From an uncultured virus (IMG/VR IMGVR_UViG_3300030107_002792) (taxonomy: Duplodnaviria; Heunggongvirae; Uroviricota; Caudoviricetes; Kyanoviridae): a DNA stretch of 64,000 nucleotides. The translations under genes were made by a program, and so were the position numbers. Numbering within the stretch: position 1 is the stretch's first letter; every line of letters begins with the position of its first letter. The notes below the pieces were generated by a model. It did no database searches. It had not been told where the DNA came from and saw only the letters and a list, made by a program, of their open reading frames with translations. Location: the IMG/VR virus record IMGVR_UViG_3300030107_002792, one strand, 5' to 3'. Below, one piece after another: positions 19,501 through 28,592 of the stretch.

Positions 19501-19825
19501 AGCAGGTGGAGATGGTAATGGTGCTGAGGACGGAAGAAACCAAGCTATGATGAAGAAGGTTACTGAGCAAAGGACAAGAGCTCAGCAACAGATGAGGGCA
19601 AGTCAGAGCACTATGGTACAAGCAGCCATAGAAGCAGTTCAAACTAGTAATTCTGCAGTTCGTGCTTCAGTTGCTGCTGCACAATCTGCTATAGCAGAGA
19701 TGATTGCTAAATCACATGGGGGAGGAGGTTCTCCTGCAGCAAGAGCAGGAGCTATTAAGAGTTCTCAAGCACAGATTCAAAATAGCAATTTCCAAAGCTT
19801 AAACATACTTTCGGGGTGGGGTTAA
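16571..19825 (+). CDS. Tape-measure/baseplate-hub-like tail protein 2, with possible muralytic domains
   Basis: 1084 aa; N-terminus similar to the previous gene; HxxGLAID and AIVSExGE motifs. Confidence 0.65.
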   Translation: MADIAKSRKINMYKMVSPAAAAASAENPAMAELAGKTIQGINNLGNIVNSIASLANDLRNIQLANLNQLKKKKVFKAKFDKPETGKFTGFVNDFIGRGAPKFWEALLNMFSGLLKLMIIRPILKWLANEENQKKIEKTLKTLDTIFRFLKAFVGTNVTRILDGLYDLLRDDATLWQRIGGFVKTMVALGTLLAPLMILRNPRGTIILLRNSLRAFQTGLLKFHKGLKMRKMGRIGKIATIATAVGGTAYVAKKGFDTAQQYADAMEPSRFGDSSDGTLTLAEFTGGFNLDDLKGEGQTVIGEMVDRIGNLERAYGGLVPKHKELPQRATGGWINGPDSGYPVSLGRKGGQADFIGHGLEYVSKNNKGEDFVIPINNFATRAVPGLVSANMRMAHAQGFDIPGELPRGKENFFWGSVKKWASNKFSDNHGISSLWSNKPKNQGAKEGSGWWGKTMNWGKNLLGFGKPEEKKTSWMDRLLGNAGQIGSMFGNKGGAIGGAIQTIFGGGGSGKDGKATGWDIAKAIGGVAGQFLDPSSKAAGLLSKGMGIGNAFFGPGSEDMTFGQKLGGALGHIFPGGVPGVGGGGGLTGAPTGWADQGSMRVGEGGIATGGGGGPKRGPDGVVRSPNGGIQASIRAGRAALSRGFTVYNHPNFRNNKWKKEGANRRGEDTSGRQPVRGGKLHKRGLAIDISDFRKGQNGEANLRAYADELFGQRKGSGIALIANNKWGTWQSGGSKKGPGSHTRPNTTTIGFADRQIAGSGATGMGESDLRILKKAIVSEHGEGDMTGGALSARTIWNAANMIDSGSSDSTLGGAKTTTQLIEHLFPNTKTYWDKNLTSSQSKMADKMINLSFDTENLGGILANDGIGYPAINAMLSASTKGKGTPFGIGSNDSMFSWKNMNYGVVDGLDKHGDDAKVGGDGKKSKRQMGRSAAKNRNTAKGGKSSNTSYGGGGVASSSKTGGSGSILGGGKNQLKNKAGGDGNGAEDGRNQAMMKKVTEQRTRAQQQMRASQSTMVQAAIEAVQTSNSAVRASVAAAQSAIAEMIAKSHGGGGSPAARAGAIKSSQAQIQNSNFQSLNILSGWG

Positions 19826-21214
19826 ATGGTAGTAGGAAGACAGACCGTTGGTGAAATAGAATATCGTATTACTATTCATAGAGATGGTAAAAGGATAGAA
19901 AATGCTGAAGGTGCATTTAACTTTAAGACCTTTTGTTCAGGATGGGAAATACGGGAAGATTTTGCATTAGCAACAATGGAAGCATCCTTCATGTTTGAAG
20001 ATAATGCTGGTTTAATTGCTGTATTAAGTGGTGCAGAAGAAATTAGATTACAAGCATCAACTTCTACTTTAAATAGAGTTTATAAATTTAGAGTTTGTAG
20101 AGTTCATTCTCGTACTAGAGCAGCACAAACTACAGATTTCTTTATAGTTGACTGTGTTAGTGATGAGTTTGTGAGGAATGAAGGTCTATCTGTTTTTGGT
20201 AATTCTGATGTTTTATTCAAGAAAACTAGAACAGCAGAATCTATGGTTGATACTTTAATCAGAAGTGATAGGTTCCTTAATACAAATAAGAATGTTTATC
20301 TAGAAGAAACAGTTAATAAGCATTCATTTGTTGCAGTTAATTGGAGACCATTGGATACAATATACTGGATTGCCAAACGTAGTATAAGGAAGTCAAAGTT
20401 ATCTGGTGGATTACAAAATGGATTTACTTTTTATGAGAATGCTTTAGGTTATCATTTTAAATCTATTGATAGATTGATTGATGATATTAATAATCAACCA
20501 AGAAGTGAAAAAACTAATTTTACCACAGGTGTACCTAGATTATACACATATTCATATAGTCCTAAAGGAATGGATGATGAAGTGATGGATCCTTATACTT
20601 TCCGTGGTGTTGCTTTTCCTGAAGAAAAGAATGTTTTAAGAAGTATGAGGCATGGTGCATGGTCTGGATATACTGTTGGATTTGACCCAGTTAATATTTC
20701 ATCTTCTAAGATGGGATTAAGTAAAGATACAACAACTGATGATACTAAGTATAATATTGAAGATGTATGGTCTAAGATGTCACACCTTAATGGTAAGATG
20801 ACTGTTGATCCTATTACACAAATGGATGTTAGCGTTCAAGAACAAGTGTTGAAACCTAGAAGAGTTCGATATACAATGTTACCGAACCAAGCATTTGATC
20901 CTAAATTCAGTAACAATGCTCAACCAAATTATCAGCAATTAGCTGATTTAGAAGCATATCAATATATGAGGATAGAAACCCTTAGCAATACTCAACTTAG
21001 AGTAAATGTACCAGGTAATCTTGATTTATATGCTGGTTGTGGGGTTGAAGTTGCTTTACCTGGAACTTTTAGAATCGGACAAAAGGTTCAATTAGATAAA
21101 AGGTATAGTGGTAAATACCTTATCCATAAGGTAACTCATCAGACTGCTGCTGATAACACCACATTTAATACTACCCTGACATTACTCAAAGACTCTATTA
21201 TTAGAGATAAATAG
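19826..21214 (+). CDS. Baseplate hub protein (gp27/GpD-like)
   Basis: FTFYENALGYHFKSID; VPGNLDLYAG...YSGKYLIHKVTH; lies between tape measure and gp5. Confidence 0.7.
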   Translation: MVVGRQTVGEIEYRITIHRDGKRIENAEGAFNFKTFCSGWEIREDFALATMEASFMFEDNAGLIAVLSGAEEIRLQASTSTLNRVYKFRVCRVHSRTRAAQTTDFFIVDCVSDEFVRNEGLSVFGNSDVLFKKTRTAESMVDTLIRSDRFLNTNKNVYLEETVNKHSFVAVNWRPLDTIYWIAKRSIRKSKLSGGLQNGFTFYENALGYHFKSIDRLIDDINNQPRSEKTNFTTGVPRLYTYSYSPKGMDDEVMDPYTFRGVAFPEEKNVLRSMRHGAWSGYTVGFDPVNISSSKMGLSKDTTTDDTKYNIEDVWSKMSHLNGKMTVDPITQMDVSVQEQVLKPRRVRYTMLPNQAFDPKFSNNAQPNYQQLADLEAYQYMRIETLSNTQLRVNVPGNLDLYAGCGVEVALPGTFRIGQKVQLDKRYSGKYLIHKVTHQTAADNTTFNTTLTLLKDSIIRDK

Positions 21215-21244
21215 TAATGACGTACCGTAAGGAGTCTTTAAATC

Positions 21245-21472
21245 ATGAAAACTATAGAACAACACATCGAAAAGGATAGAGCAATCCTTGACGATCCCCA
21301 AACTAATCCTGCTGCACGTAGGCATTATAAAGAAGAATTACATGAACTAGAAGTTTATGAATCTCATCATCATGATGAGATAGTAGCTGGAGATCATCAC
21401 GATCCTAATGCATTAGAATTATTCTGTGAAATGCATCCTGATGAACCAGAATGTTTAGTATATGACGATTGA
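21245..21472 (+). CDS. cp12: CP12 Calvin-cycle inhibitor
   Basis: C-terminal LELFCEMHPDEPECLVYDD; AAGGAG SD; late promoter ATAAATA upstream. Confidence 0.95.
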   Translation: MKTIEQHIEKDRAILDDPQTNPAARRHYKEELHELEVYESHHHDEIVAGDHHDPNALELFCEMHPDEPECLVYDD

Positions 21473-21908
21473 TGACTATTTGTTAGGTCATTGGTCGAAT
21501 AGACAACAAGCACAATCAAACCCTCACTCCTTTGCTCAGACAGAGATTATCTGGGAAAAGGAGGATGGATGGTATAAATCAAAAAATTTTTATCGTGTAG
21601 ATGGTCCCGAAAAACCTTATAGACAGAAAAGACATAAGATAAGAGTCTTGGAAGATAAGGTGATTATGGAGAACTATCGCTTAGACTTGACAAGGAATGA
21701 AGAATGTGATATGTTATTCCTCTTTGAGGGTGATTCTTGGCATGGCAAATTGGATAGTGAACGATGCAGGGGAGAAAGAGGAAACCGTATCGTTTCAGAA
21801 ATTCATTTGTATGGTGACAAACTCCATTGTAAGGATCAGGGATTTGACTCCAACAACAACGTTGTATGGGGGTCTCCTTATTTGTACCGTTTTATTAGGG
21901 CAAGTTAA
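21462..21908 (+). CDS. cpeT: T-type phycobiliprotein lyase
   Basis: GHWSNRQQAQSNP; PYRQ; CDMLF; DQGFD...VWG. Confidence 0.9.
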   Translation: MTIDDYLLGHWSNRQQAQSNPHSFAQTEIIWEKEDGWYKSKNFYRVDGPEKPYRQKRHKIRVLEDKVIMENYRLDLTRNEECDMLFLFEGDSWHGKLDSERCRGERGNRIVSEIHLYGDKLHCKDQGFDSNNNVVWGSPYLYRFIRAS

Positions 21909-22010
21909 GGAAATATAAGGACAACCTTTAGATATGACCAAAAGTAGCTAGAAATACTTGCTTTTCCTGACATTCTATTATAAAATAGTCTGAAGCATCA
22001 AATCGAATCA

Positions 22011-22190
22011 ATGACTTACAAGCACCCTGAGAGAGTTTTGGAGAAACTCACTGATGAGGAATGGGTAGAAATGATTGCTATCAAGCAGGCCATAGCAGAA
22101 AATCCTTCATCAGTTCATCCGAGAAAAATGGAATACTTTACCGAACTACTAGTCCGTTCGGATACCATTTATACAAGGAGAGTATCATGA
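22011..22190 (+). CDS. Small hypothetical protein (59 aa)
   Basis: MTYKHPERVLEKLTDEEWVEMIAIKQAIAENPSSVHPRKMEYFTELLVRS...; CTGACA...TAAAAT promoter upstream. Confidence 0.65.
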   Translation: MTYKHPERVLEKLTDEEWVEMIAIKQAIAENPSSVHPRKMEYFTELLVRSDTIYTRRVS

Positions 22191-22345
22191 GTGGGGATAC
22201 AGGAATAGAAGAGCAACCACTTGTTTTTTATTCCAATGAAATGACCGAAGCTAAGAGAATTTTAATTAATAAGCATCGGATGTTAAAAATTAGTGGAGTT
22301 TATGTAAAAGAAAGGTGGAGAACAGGTAGTCCTATGCAGGGATAA
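22187..22345 (+). CDS. Small hypothetical protein (52 aa)
   Basis: AAGGAG SD and ATGA overlap give start MSGDTGIEEQ. Confidence 0.55.
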   Translation: MSGDTGIEEQPLVFYSNEMTEAKRILINKHRMLKISGVYVKERWRTGSPMQG

Positions 22346-22367
22346 ATAATAAAAAAGCCTGACGGAA

Positions 22368-24680
22368 ATGAAGCTTGTTGATGGAATTATTAATGAGAAC
22401 GGTACGTCCTTTGTAGGGAAGGACGGTTTCTTTTGGTGGGTAGGAGAAGTTGAAGACAACGAAGACCCTATGGAATTGGGTCGTGTAAAAGTTCGTGTTC
22501 TTGGATACTATACCAGTTTTGATGGTGGTACTACTTCAGATCTACCTACAACTGGATTGCCTTGGGCAACAGTATTACAGCATACTTCTCAAGCAGGAAA
22601 TAATGGTCAAGGTGAAAGTTCAGGACAATTACAACCTGGAGCAATAGTTTTAGGATTCTTCTTAGATGGTGAGATGGCACAGATGCCTATGGTATTGGGT
22701 GTCATGCGTGTTAATAAGTCAGAAATTACCAAAAATCAATCTTCCTTTGCATTTACAGATCAGGATATAGTTCCTGGAACCTCTATTAATAATTCTGCTG
22801 TTCATCCCGCAGAAAGAAATACTATTAAACCTACTGCACCATTAAGGCAGTCGGATAATAATTCTGTTGCAATACCTGGAAATAAATTAAGTAATGTTGG
22901 TGGTAGTGGATCACCTAAGAATGTTGGATTGGGTATATTAGGTGGAACAACTAATCCTATTAAACCTTCCACACCCACTAAACTTATACCTGCTGCTCAT
23001 GGTGTTGGTGGTCCTTGGAAGACATTAGAATATAAATTATCATATTTAATAGAAGATCTTGCTAATACCTCAGCAAATTTAGTTAAGATTGACAAAGATA
23101 CTTACTTAGATATTGTTATTGGTTCTTATATTAAGAAATCCGATTTAACTAAAAAGATTGATGACTACTTGAATGTTATATTCACTCAAGTAATATCTGC
23201 TATGCGTCAATCCTTAGCAAATCTAGCAACTAATTTGAAGGTTGATAATATTCTGAAGAACTCTTCGGGATTACCATTTGCTGCATATAATGTTATTCAA
23301 CCAGAGGTTACTAAGATATTAACTTCATTGTGTGCTTTAGATGCTAACATTGCTACGTACAAAGCAGCACCAATGTCAACGATTAATACCTATCTGGATA
23401 GTTTCCTAGCAGGTGTTGATGATAAACCAACTTTAGTTAAGAAGACAGTTAATACTGTTGTTGCAGATATTGTTAAAGATTCAGCGAAGATCATAACTGG
23501 TGTTGGTGATATTGCTAAGAGTGTTAAGACAACTGTTAGTGGTATTGGAGAAGCAACTAAGATTATTGATGAGTGGGAGAAAGGAAGTGGAATATATGAA
23601 TTAAATACAAATCTCTTTGAAACAGTAAATACAAATCTTACTGGGTTGATGAAACTACTGACCAAATTTACAAGTAGTAACTGTAATAGGTCTTCAGCGA
23701 CAACATCGTCCGTTGGGTGGTATCCTTTATATGGTATTACTACTACAGTGAAGGATGTGTATGGTACTATGTTTGATCAGGCAGATCCATATCTTACTTC
23801 TTCTAAGAACCATATTAATGGTTCATATGAATTATATCTTGGAACACCTGGTCGTCAGGGTGAAGTCCATAAGAAATCAAATGGAACAACTCATACATCA
23901 ATTGCTTTTAATGATGCTCATTATTATGAGAAGAAGATTAGAGATGATTTAAGAAGTCAAATACCAGAGGAAGAGTATGCTGCTATTAGTTCTGATGTTA
24001 TTGAAGCAAAAGTAAAAGAATATGTTGATAAGAATACTAATAATAAAGGGGATATTGGTGGTTTAATTGCAGATCATGTTTCTTATGCTGGAGCATTAAC
24101 TCAAGAAGTTCATGGTGATGATTGTAAATTGGTTAATGGTTCTTATGTTAGGACTATTGACGGTGACTATCATTTAAAGATAACTGGTAACTGTCATATA
24201 GAAGTTGGTGGAGGTTTCTTCCTTAGTGCTGAAGGTGCTGGATCTACTACACCACAGAAGAATACTATTAAATTTGGATCTGATACTGATATGAATGTTG
24301 TTGGTGCTAAGTTTGAATTACAAGGTGCAGAGTGTAATGTGGCATCTATTTCTACTAAGATAACAGGACATTTATTTGAGAATTCTTCTTATCAACAGAC
24401 TATGAGTGCGGTAGAACTATCACTTACTGCTGATAATTCAATTGAAATGGTAACACCTCATTTATTACAACTAATCAATATTGAAGAAAATGCAACACCT
24501 AAGAAACTGACTGGTATCCGTACCATTGTTTCTGGTGGGTGGGATACTCAGATCAATCCATCAGATGTTAAGGGATATAGAATTTCCTTGACTTCTACAC
24601 GATCTTCCTATAACCTGCCAGTGACGGACAATCTATTTACTGTCACAGTGGCAGACGCAGTTCGGTTGACAACCGCATAG
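22368..24680 (+). CDS. gp5: Baseplate hub/central spike gp5 (no lysozyme domain recognised)
   Basis: FFWWVGEVEDNEDPMELGRVKVR, LPWA, VLGFFLDG OB-fold; C-terminal beta-helix repeats. Confidence 0.9.
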   Translation: MKLVDGIINENGTSFVGKDGFFWWVGEVEDNEDPMELGRVKVRVLGYYTSFDGGTTSDLPTTGLPWATVLQHTSQAGNNGQGESSGQLQPGAIVLGFFLDGEMAQMPMVLGVMRVNKSEITKNQSSFAFTDQDIVPGTSINNSAVHPAERNTIKPTAPLRQSDNNSVAIPGNKLSNVGGSGSPKNVGLGILGGTTNPIKPSTPTKLIPAAHGVGGPWKTLEYKLSYLIEDLANTSANLVKIDKDTYLDIVIGSYIKKSDLTKKIDDYLNVIFTQVISAMRQSLANLATNLKVDNILKNSSGLPFAAYNVIQPEVTKILTSLCALDANIATYKAAPMSTINTYLDSFLAGVDDKPTLVKKTVNTVVADIVKDSAKIITGVGDIAKSVKTTVSGIGEATKIIDEWEKGSGIYELNTNLFETVNTNLTGLMKLLTKFTSSNCNRSSATTSSVGWYPLYGITTTVKDVYGTMFDQADPYLTSSKNHINGSYELYLGTPGRQGEVHKKSNGTTHTSIAFNDAHYYEKKIRDDLRSQIPEEEYAAISSDVIEAKVKEYVDKNTNNKGDIGGLIADHVSYAGALTQEVHGDDCKLVNGSYVRTIDGDYHLKITGNCHIEVGGGFFLSAEGAGSTTPQKNTIKFGSDTDMNVVGAKFELQGAECNVASISTKITGHLFENSSYQQTMSAVELSLTADNSIEMVTPHLLQLINIEENATPKKLTGIRTIVSGGWDTQINPSDVKGYRISLTSTRSSYNLPVTDNLFTVTVADAVRLTTA

Positions 24681-24694
24681 GACTCTGCTATACT
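24626..24694 (+). promoter_or_regulatory. Early-type promoter inside the gp5 3' end
   Basis: GGACAA-N8-CTGTCAC; TTGACA 24666-24671, 17 nt, TATACT 24689-24694. Confidence 0.75.
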
Positions 24695-24719
24695 ATGAAA
24701 GTAAACAACGAGGCATACC

Positions 24720-24929
24720 ATGTCTAACGCATTAAAAGGAGCACCATCTGAGGTTCTTGAGCATGTATTCGTAAACCTATCTAAAAGACAGGTTACCTTG
24801 CTAGACGAAGAGGGTTACACACAAGATGTGAACTTTAAGTTTGATGATGAGGGAGCAGAAGGATTCGCTGAGGTAGTTTCTACTCTCAATGAGAATCTAA
24901 CAGAAGAAACATTGACAATATATGACTGA
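24720..24929 (+). CDS. Hypothetical acidic protein
   Basis: GAGG SD; 69 aa. Confidence 0.65.
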   Translation: MSNALKGAPSEVLEHVFVNLSKRQVTLLDEEGYTQDVNFKFDDEGAEGFAEVVSTLNENLTEETLTIYD

Positions 24930-25167
24930 TATTCAAGATATAACAGAAGAGGAGGCAGTTTCAAACCTGCCTTTTCTTTTGGCTATGACTCAAAGAAATC
25001 GTACTGTTTGGAGAATTAAAAGTCCTAACGGTGCGATTGCTTTACTATCACCAGTTTTACAATCTGGACCTCCTGTAGATAAGGAAGTCTTGGAGACTGT
25101 TGAGGACTTCAGGAAAGGTTTTATGGAGAACACTCCTGAAGATGCAAAAGTTGACACTACGGCATAA
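24922..25167 (+). CDS. Phd/YefM-like small protein
   Basis: ITEEEAVSNLPFLL...VWRIKSPNGAIALLSP pattern. Confidence 0.5.
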   Translation: MTDIQDITEEEAVSNLPFLLAMTQRNRTVWRIKSPNGAIALLSPVLQSGPPVDKEVLETVEDFRKGFMENTPEDAKVDTTA

Positions 25168-25202
25168 ATATCTTATAATATGCTAGTGAACGAGGCAGAC
25201 CA

Positions 25203-25337
25203 ATGCGTCTTAAACGCCATGAAACTCCTAGAAAGCAAGGACGCAACTTAAAATCTAAGTTAGCGTCTGCTCGTTTGCGTCAACTCAAAAAACAAACCAA
25301 GATGTTTATTAAGAAACTCTATGAAAAGGACATTTGA
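25203..25337 (+). CDS. Small highly basic protein (44 aa)
   Basis: MRLKRHETPRKQGRNLKSKLASARLRQLKK...; TTGACA..TATAAT promoter and GAGG SD upstream. Confidence 0.6.
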   Translation: MRLKRHETPRKQGRNLKSKLASARLRQLKKQTKMFIKKLYEKDI

Positions 25338-25452
25338 GTCTATAGACAAAAAAGGTCGTCAAACGACTTGGGAATGGGAGGAAACTCCTGAAGTTCTAGC
25401 AGCACTAGAACGATTACACAATGACATTAAGGAGGAAAAATCCAATGACTGA
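25321..25452 (+). CDS. Small hypothetical protein (43 aa)
   Basis: MKRTFESIDKKGRQTTWEWEETPE... Confidence 0.55.
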   Translation: MKRTFESIDKKGRQTTWEWEETPEVLAALERLHNDIKEEKSND

Positions 25453-25687
25453 TTTGAGAGTAGTTCCATCTATCGATCCTGTAGGAGTGGATAGAAGAGA
25501 AAGGTTGTACGAAATTTTTGGGGATTATATTAACGATAAAAACGTTAGTCCCAATGAAGCATATGAAGAGTTATTGTCAGAAGTTGAAGGTTGGATTAAA
25601 TTCCATAGTGATAGTTTAGAGAAAGCGAGTGATCTGTATAATTTACTTTTAAATCAACAGAGACAAAAGGTAGGTTTATCAGACTGA
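25445..25687 (+). CDS. Hypothetical protein
   Basis: AGGAGG SD before ATG 25445. Confidence 0.65.
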   Translation: MTDLRVVPSIDPVGVDRRERLYEIFGDYINDKNVSPNEAYEELLSEVEGWIKFHSDSLEKASDLYNLLLNQQRQKVGLSD

Positions 25688-25693
25688 TTCCCT

Positions 25694-25701
25694 TATAAAT
25701 A
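25694..25701 (+). promoter_or_regulatory. T4-type late promoter
   Basis: TATAAATA upstream of the fibre/structural cluster; also at 35420 and 36903. Confidence 0.8.
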
Positions 25702-25729
25702 GACAAGTAGCCAATAGTGTGATTATTCC

Positions 25730-27061
25730 GTGGGAACTAAAAAGATATCTCAGTTAGAGACAATATCAGACGCTAATTTGTCGGGAGAAGCGATTCTTCC
25801 AGTGGTTGTGTCTGATCCATTGATACCCAATAGAAAAGCAAAAGTAAATCAATTATTCAAAGGAGTTGCTCAGGGAACCAAAGCGTCCCCTGGTCTCTCC
25901 TTTGACCTTGATAGGGACAGTGGATTGTACCAATCAGCATATGACCAATTAGGTATTGCGTTTGGTGATGGTGGATTCTATATGTCTAGAATCGTCAATA
26001 GTGCAACGAGTACATCATTGTATATTGCTGCTGTTGATGATGTGGCAGATAATGCTGATATAGTATTCTCACCAAAAGGATCTGGATCTGTTAAAGTAAC
26101 AGGACAATTTGAAATTGATGACTCAGCATTTGTTTTGACAGATGCACAAGGTCCGAAAGCAAGATTTGAAGTAAGTAACGTAGGAACTGGAACGGCTACA
26201 AGAATTTTCACATTCCCCGCAATTACTTCTGGTAATGGAACAACAGTTGTTGGATCGGATACTACACAAACTTTAACTAATAAGACTATCCTTATTGATG
26301 AGGATAATTTTGTTATAACTGATAATACTGAGGAAGCAATATTTCAGATTAATTGGTCAATCACTTCTGGCACTAGGAGATCATATTTCTTACCTGATGC
26401 TGGTACAGTAACTACAACTTCTGAACCAACTGCAACTGTATCTACATTACTTGATACAAAAGCAGAGCAAACTACTTTAAATAAGACTCTTGTTAGTCCT
26501 AAGTTTGCTGCAACTGCTGACTCTACGTTTAAGGCAACAGTTGATGCTTCTGCTCTGACTGCAAATAGAAATGTTACACTTCCTGATACCAATGTTACTG
26601 TCGTAGGAACTGATTCAACTCAGATTTTAGAAAACAAAACAATTAAAAATTTAATTCTTGCTGATGATACAGATATCACTAAGAAATTAAACTTTGATTT
26701 ATCTAATCTTAACACAACTACTAATAGACAATTAACTTTCCCTGATACTAATAACCTAAATACTACTGCTAGTGAAAGTAACGAAATTACTCTTGCTAAA
26801 GCAACTCAAACTTTAGAGAATAAGTTTTTAGTTAATTCAGGTTTCCAAAAACCTGCAGCAGGTGGTGGACAACAATCTAAAGTTACTATAGATACTAGTA
26901 ATATAACTGCTGATAGGAGTATTAAGTTCCCAGATGCAGATGCTACACTACTATCAACACAAAACGTTGCTCTTGAAGATGTCACCTTTGGTGCTGGTAT
27001 TGGAGCTAACAACCTAACGGGGCAAACTCGTTTACAACAATTCTTTTACGCAGGATTCTAA
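25730..27061 (+). CDS. Virion structural/tail fibre protein
   Basis: KKISQL start; repeated R.xTFPD...T.QTL.NK modules; Thr-rich. Confidence 0.75.
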   Translation: MGTKKISQLETISDANLSGEAILPVVVSDPLIPNRKAKVNQLFKGVAQGTKASPGLSFDLDRDSGLYQSAYDQLGIAFGDGGFYMSRIVNSATSTSLYIAAVDDVADNADIVFSPKGSGSVKVTGQFEIDDSAFVLTDAQGPKARFEVSNVGTGTATRIFTFPAITSGNGTTVVGSDTTQTLTNKTILIDEDNFVITDNTEEAIFQINWSITSGTRRSYFLPDAGTVTTTSEPTATVSTLLDTKAEQTTLNKTLVSPKFAATADSTFKATVDASALTANRNVTLPDTNVTVVGTDSTQILENKTIKNLILADDTDITKKLNFDLSNLNTTTNRQLTFPDTNNLNTTASESNEITLAKATQTLENKFLVNSGFQKPAAGGGQQSKVTIDTSNITADRSIKFPDADATLLSTQNVALEDVTFGAGIGANNLTGQTRLQQFFYAGF

Positions 27062-27070
27062 TTATTCAAA

Positions 27071-28552
27071 ATGGCAGACCAAGGACTTTTAGGACAATCG
27101 AAACCAGCGGCCACTACGAATACGATACTGTATTCTGCGCCGATCAACTCATCAGCTAGTGCGGTACTTAATATCGCAAATGATGGAACTGGAGCAGCAT
27201 ATGATGTTGCAATTAAAGACTATGATCAAGATTTAACACTTGATGCATCGACTTATAAATTACATCCAGGTGATTTAATCACAAGTTATAGAGTTACATT
27301 AAATACAGCATTACCATTATCTGCTGACCTTTTTGCAGGAACGAAACTTACATCAACAGATGGTGAGAAAAGTTTTAATTTTGAATCATTTTATGTTCCA
27401 CCAACTACTGAGATTGATGTTAAGTCAGTTGCAATTAGACAGGTAGCAGTTGAATCTGTTACAGGAACTTTTGCTGTTGGTGAAACAATTACAAAAGGAA
27501 CTGGTGGTAATACTACAACAACTATACTTTACGGTGCTCTTATTGGACAGGGTGGTGTAACTCTTTATGTTGGACCTTCTACTCTAAACGGATCAGGATC
27601 AGAATTTGCTGATGGTGATTCTGTAACATCAACTGGTGGTGCTACTGCAACAGTATCAACTGGTGGTGTTGGAACAGCAGGTAATGATTTTGTTCTATCA
27701 ACAAATGGTACATTATTCAACCTGTTCATTAATGATGGTATTTCAGGTAGTGGTGGTCAAGATATTACAGTATTTGGAGATCGAGTTTATAAGTTTGATG
27801 TATCTGATTCATCAATGTCAGGTTTAGACTTTAGTCTATCTACAACTGTCAATGGAGAGTGGGGTCCTGATGGAACTGCTGGTAACTCTGATGATGGAAC
27901 AGAATATACTACTGGTAGAACAACAAGTGGAACTGCTGGATCTGGTGGTGCTTATGTTCAATATGACTTTACTGCTAATTCAAGTTTACCAGGTCAGTTA
28001 TACTTCTATGAAGGAACAACTGGAACTGCTGCTAACTCAGCATATGGTGGAGCTAATCGTCTATTGAATACTTCTTCATCATATACTTACACAGAATTGT
28101 ATATCTATGATAAAGAGGGAACATGGGTGAACTCTACTGATGGATTTACTTTTGGTGGAGCAACTTATACTGTAACTGCTCAAACTGCTGGACCTTATGG
28201 ATGGGTTCGTAGTTATTCAGGAACAAGTCTTAAGGTAATTTTAGGAACTGGATCTGCTGCCTTTGCAGGAACAGATACATTTAGAGATGTTCCTAAATTA
28301 AACACTGGAACTCGTACTACTGCAACAGTAAGTAGTGTAACAACTGCTCAAACTGCTTTGGCAGGAACTGAATACATCGCTAAAGATGTAACTAATGCAA
28401 GTAACGCTGTTGCTAAATTAACATCTATCGTCATTGGACCTGGTGAGAATCTCATAGTAGAAAGTGCAACTCAGAATAATGTCTTCAGTCTTATTGGATT
28501 TGAAGATGCTTCTACTGCATTTACAACTAGAGTATTTGGTGCTACATCATAA
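27071..28552 (+). CDS. Virion structural protein
   Basis: Thr/Gly/Ser-rich beta protein; YKFDVSDSS...GAYVQ cupredoxin-like module. Confidence 0.7.
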   Translation: MADQGLLGQSKPAATTNTILYSAPINSSASAVLNIANDGTGAAYDVAIKDYDQDLTLDASTYKLHPGDLITSYRVTLNTALPLSADLFAGTKLTSTDGEKSFNFESFYVPPTTEIDVKSVAIRQVAVESVTGTFAVGETITKGTGGNTTTTILYGALIGQGGVTLYVGPSTLNGSGSEFADGDSVTSTGGATATVSTGGVGTAGNDFVLSTNGTLFNLFINDGISGSGGQDITVFGDRVYKFDVSDSSMSGLDFSLSTTVNGEWGPDGTAGNSDDGTEYTTGRTTSGTAGSGGAYVQYDFTANSSLPGQLYFYEGTTGTAANSAYGGANRLLNTSSSYTYTELYIYDKEGTWVNSTDGFTFGGATYTVTAQTAGPYGWVRSYSGTSLKVILGTGSAAFAGTDTFRDVPKLNTGTRTTATVSSVTTAQTALAGTEYIAKDVTNASNAVAKLTSIVIGPGENLIVESATQNNVFSLIGFEDASTAFTTRVFGATS

Positions 28553-28592
28553 AGCACAGAGATAAATAACCATATAGGAAAGCGAATAGGTA

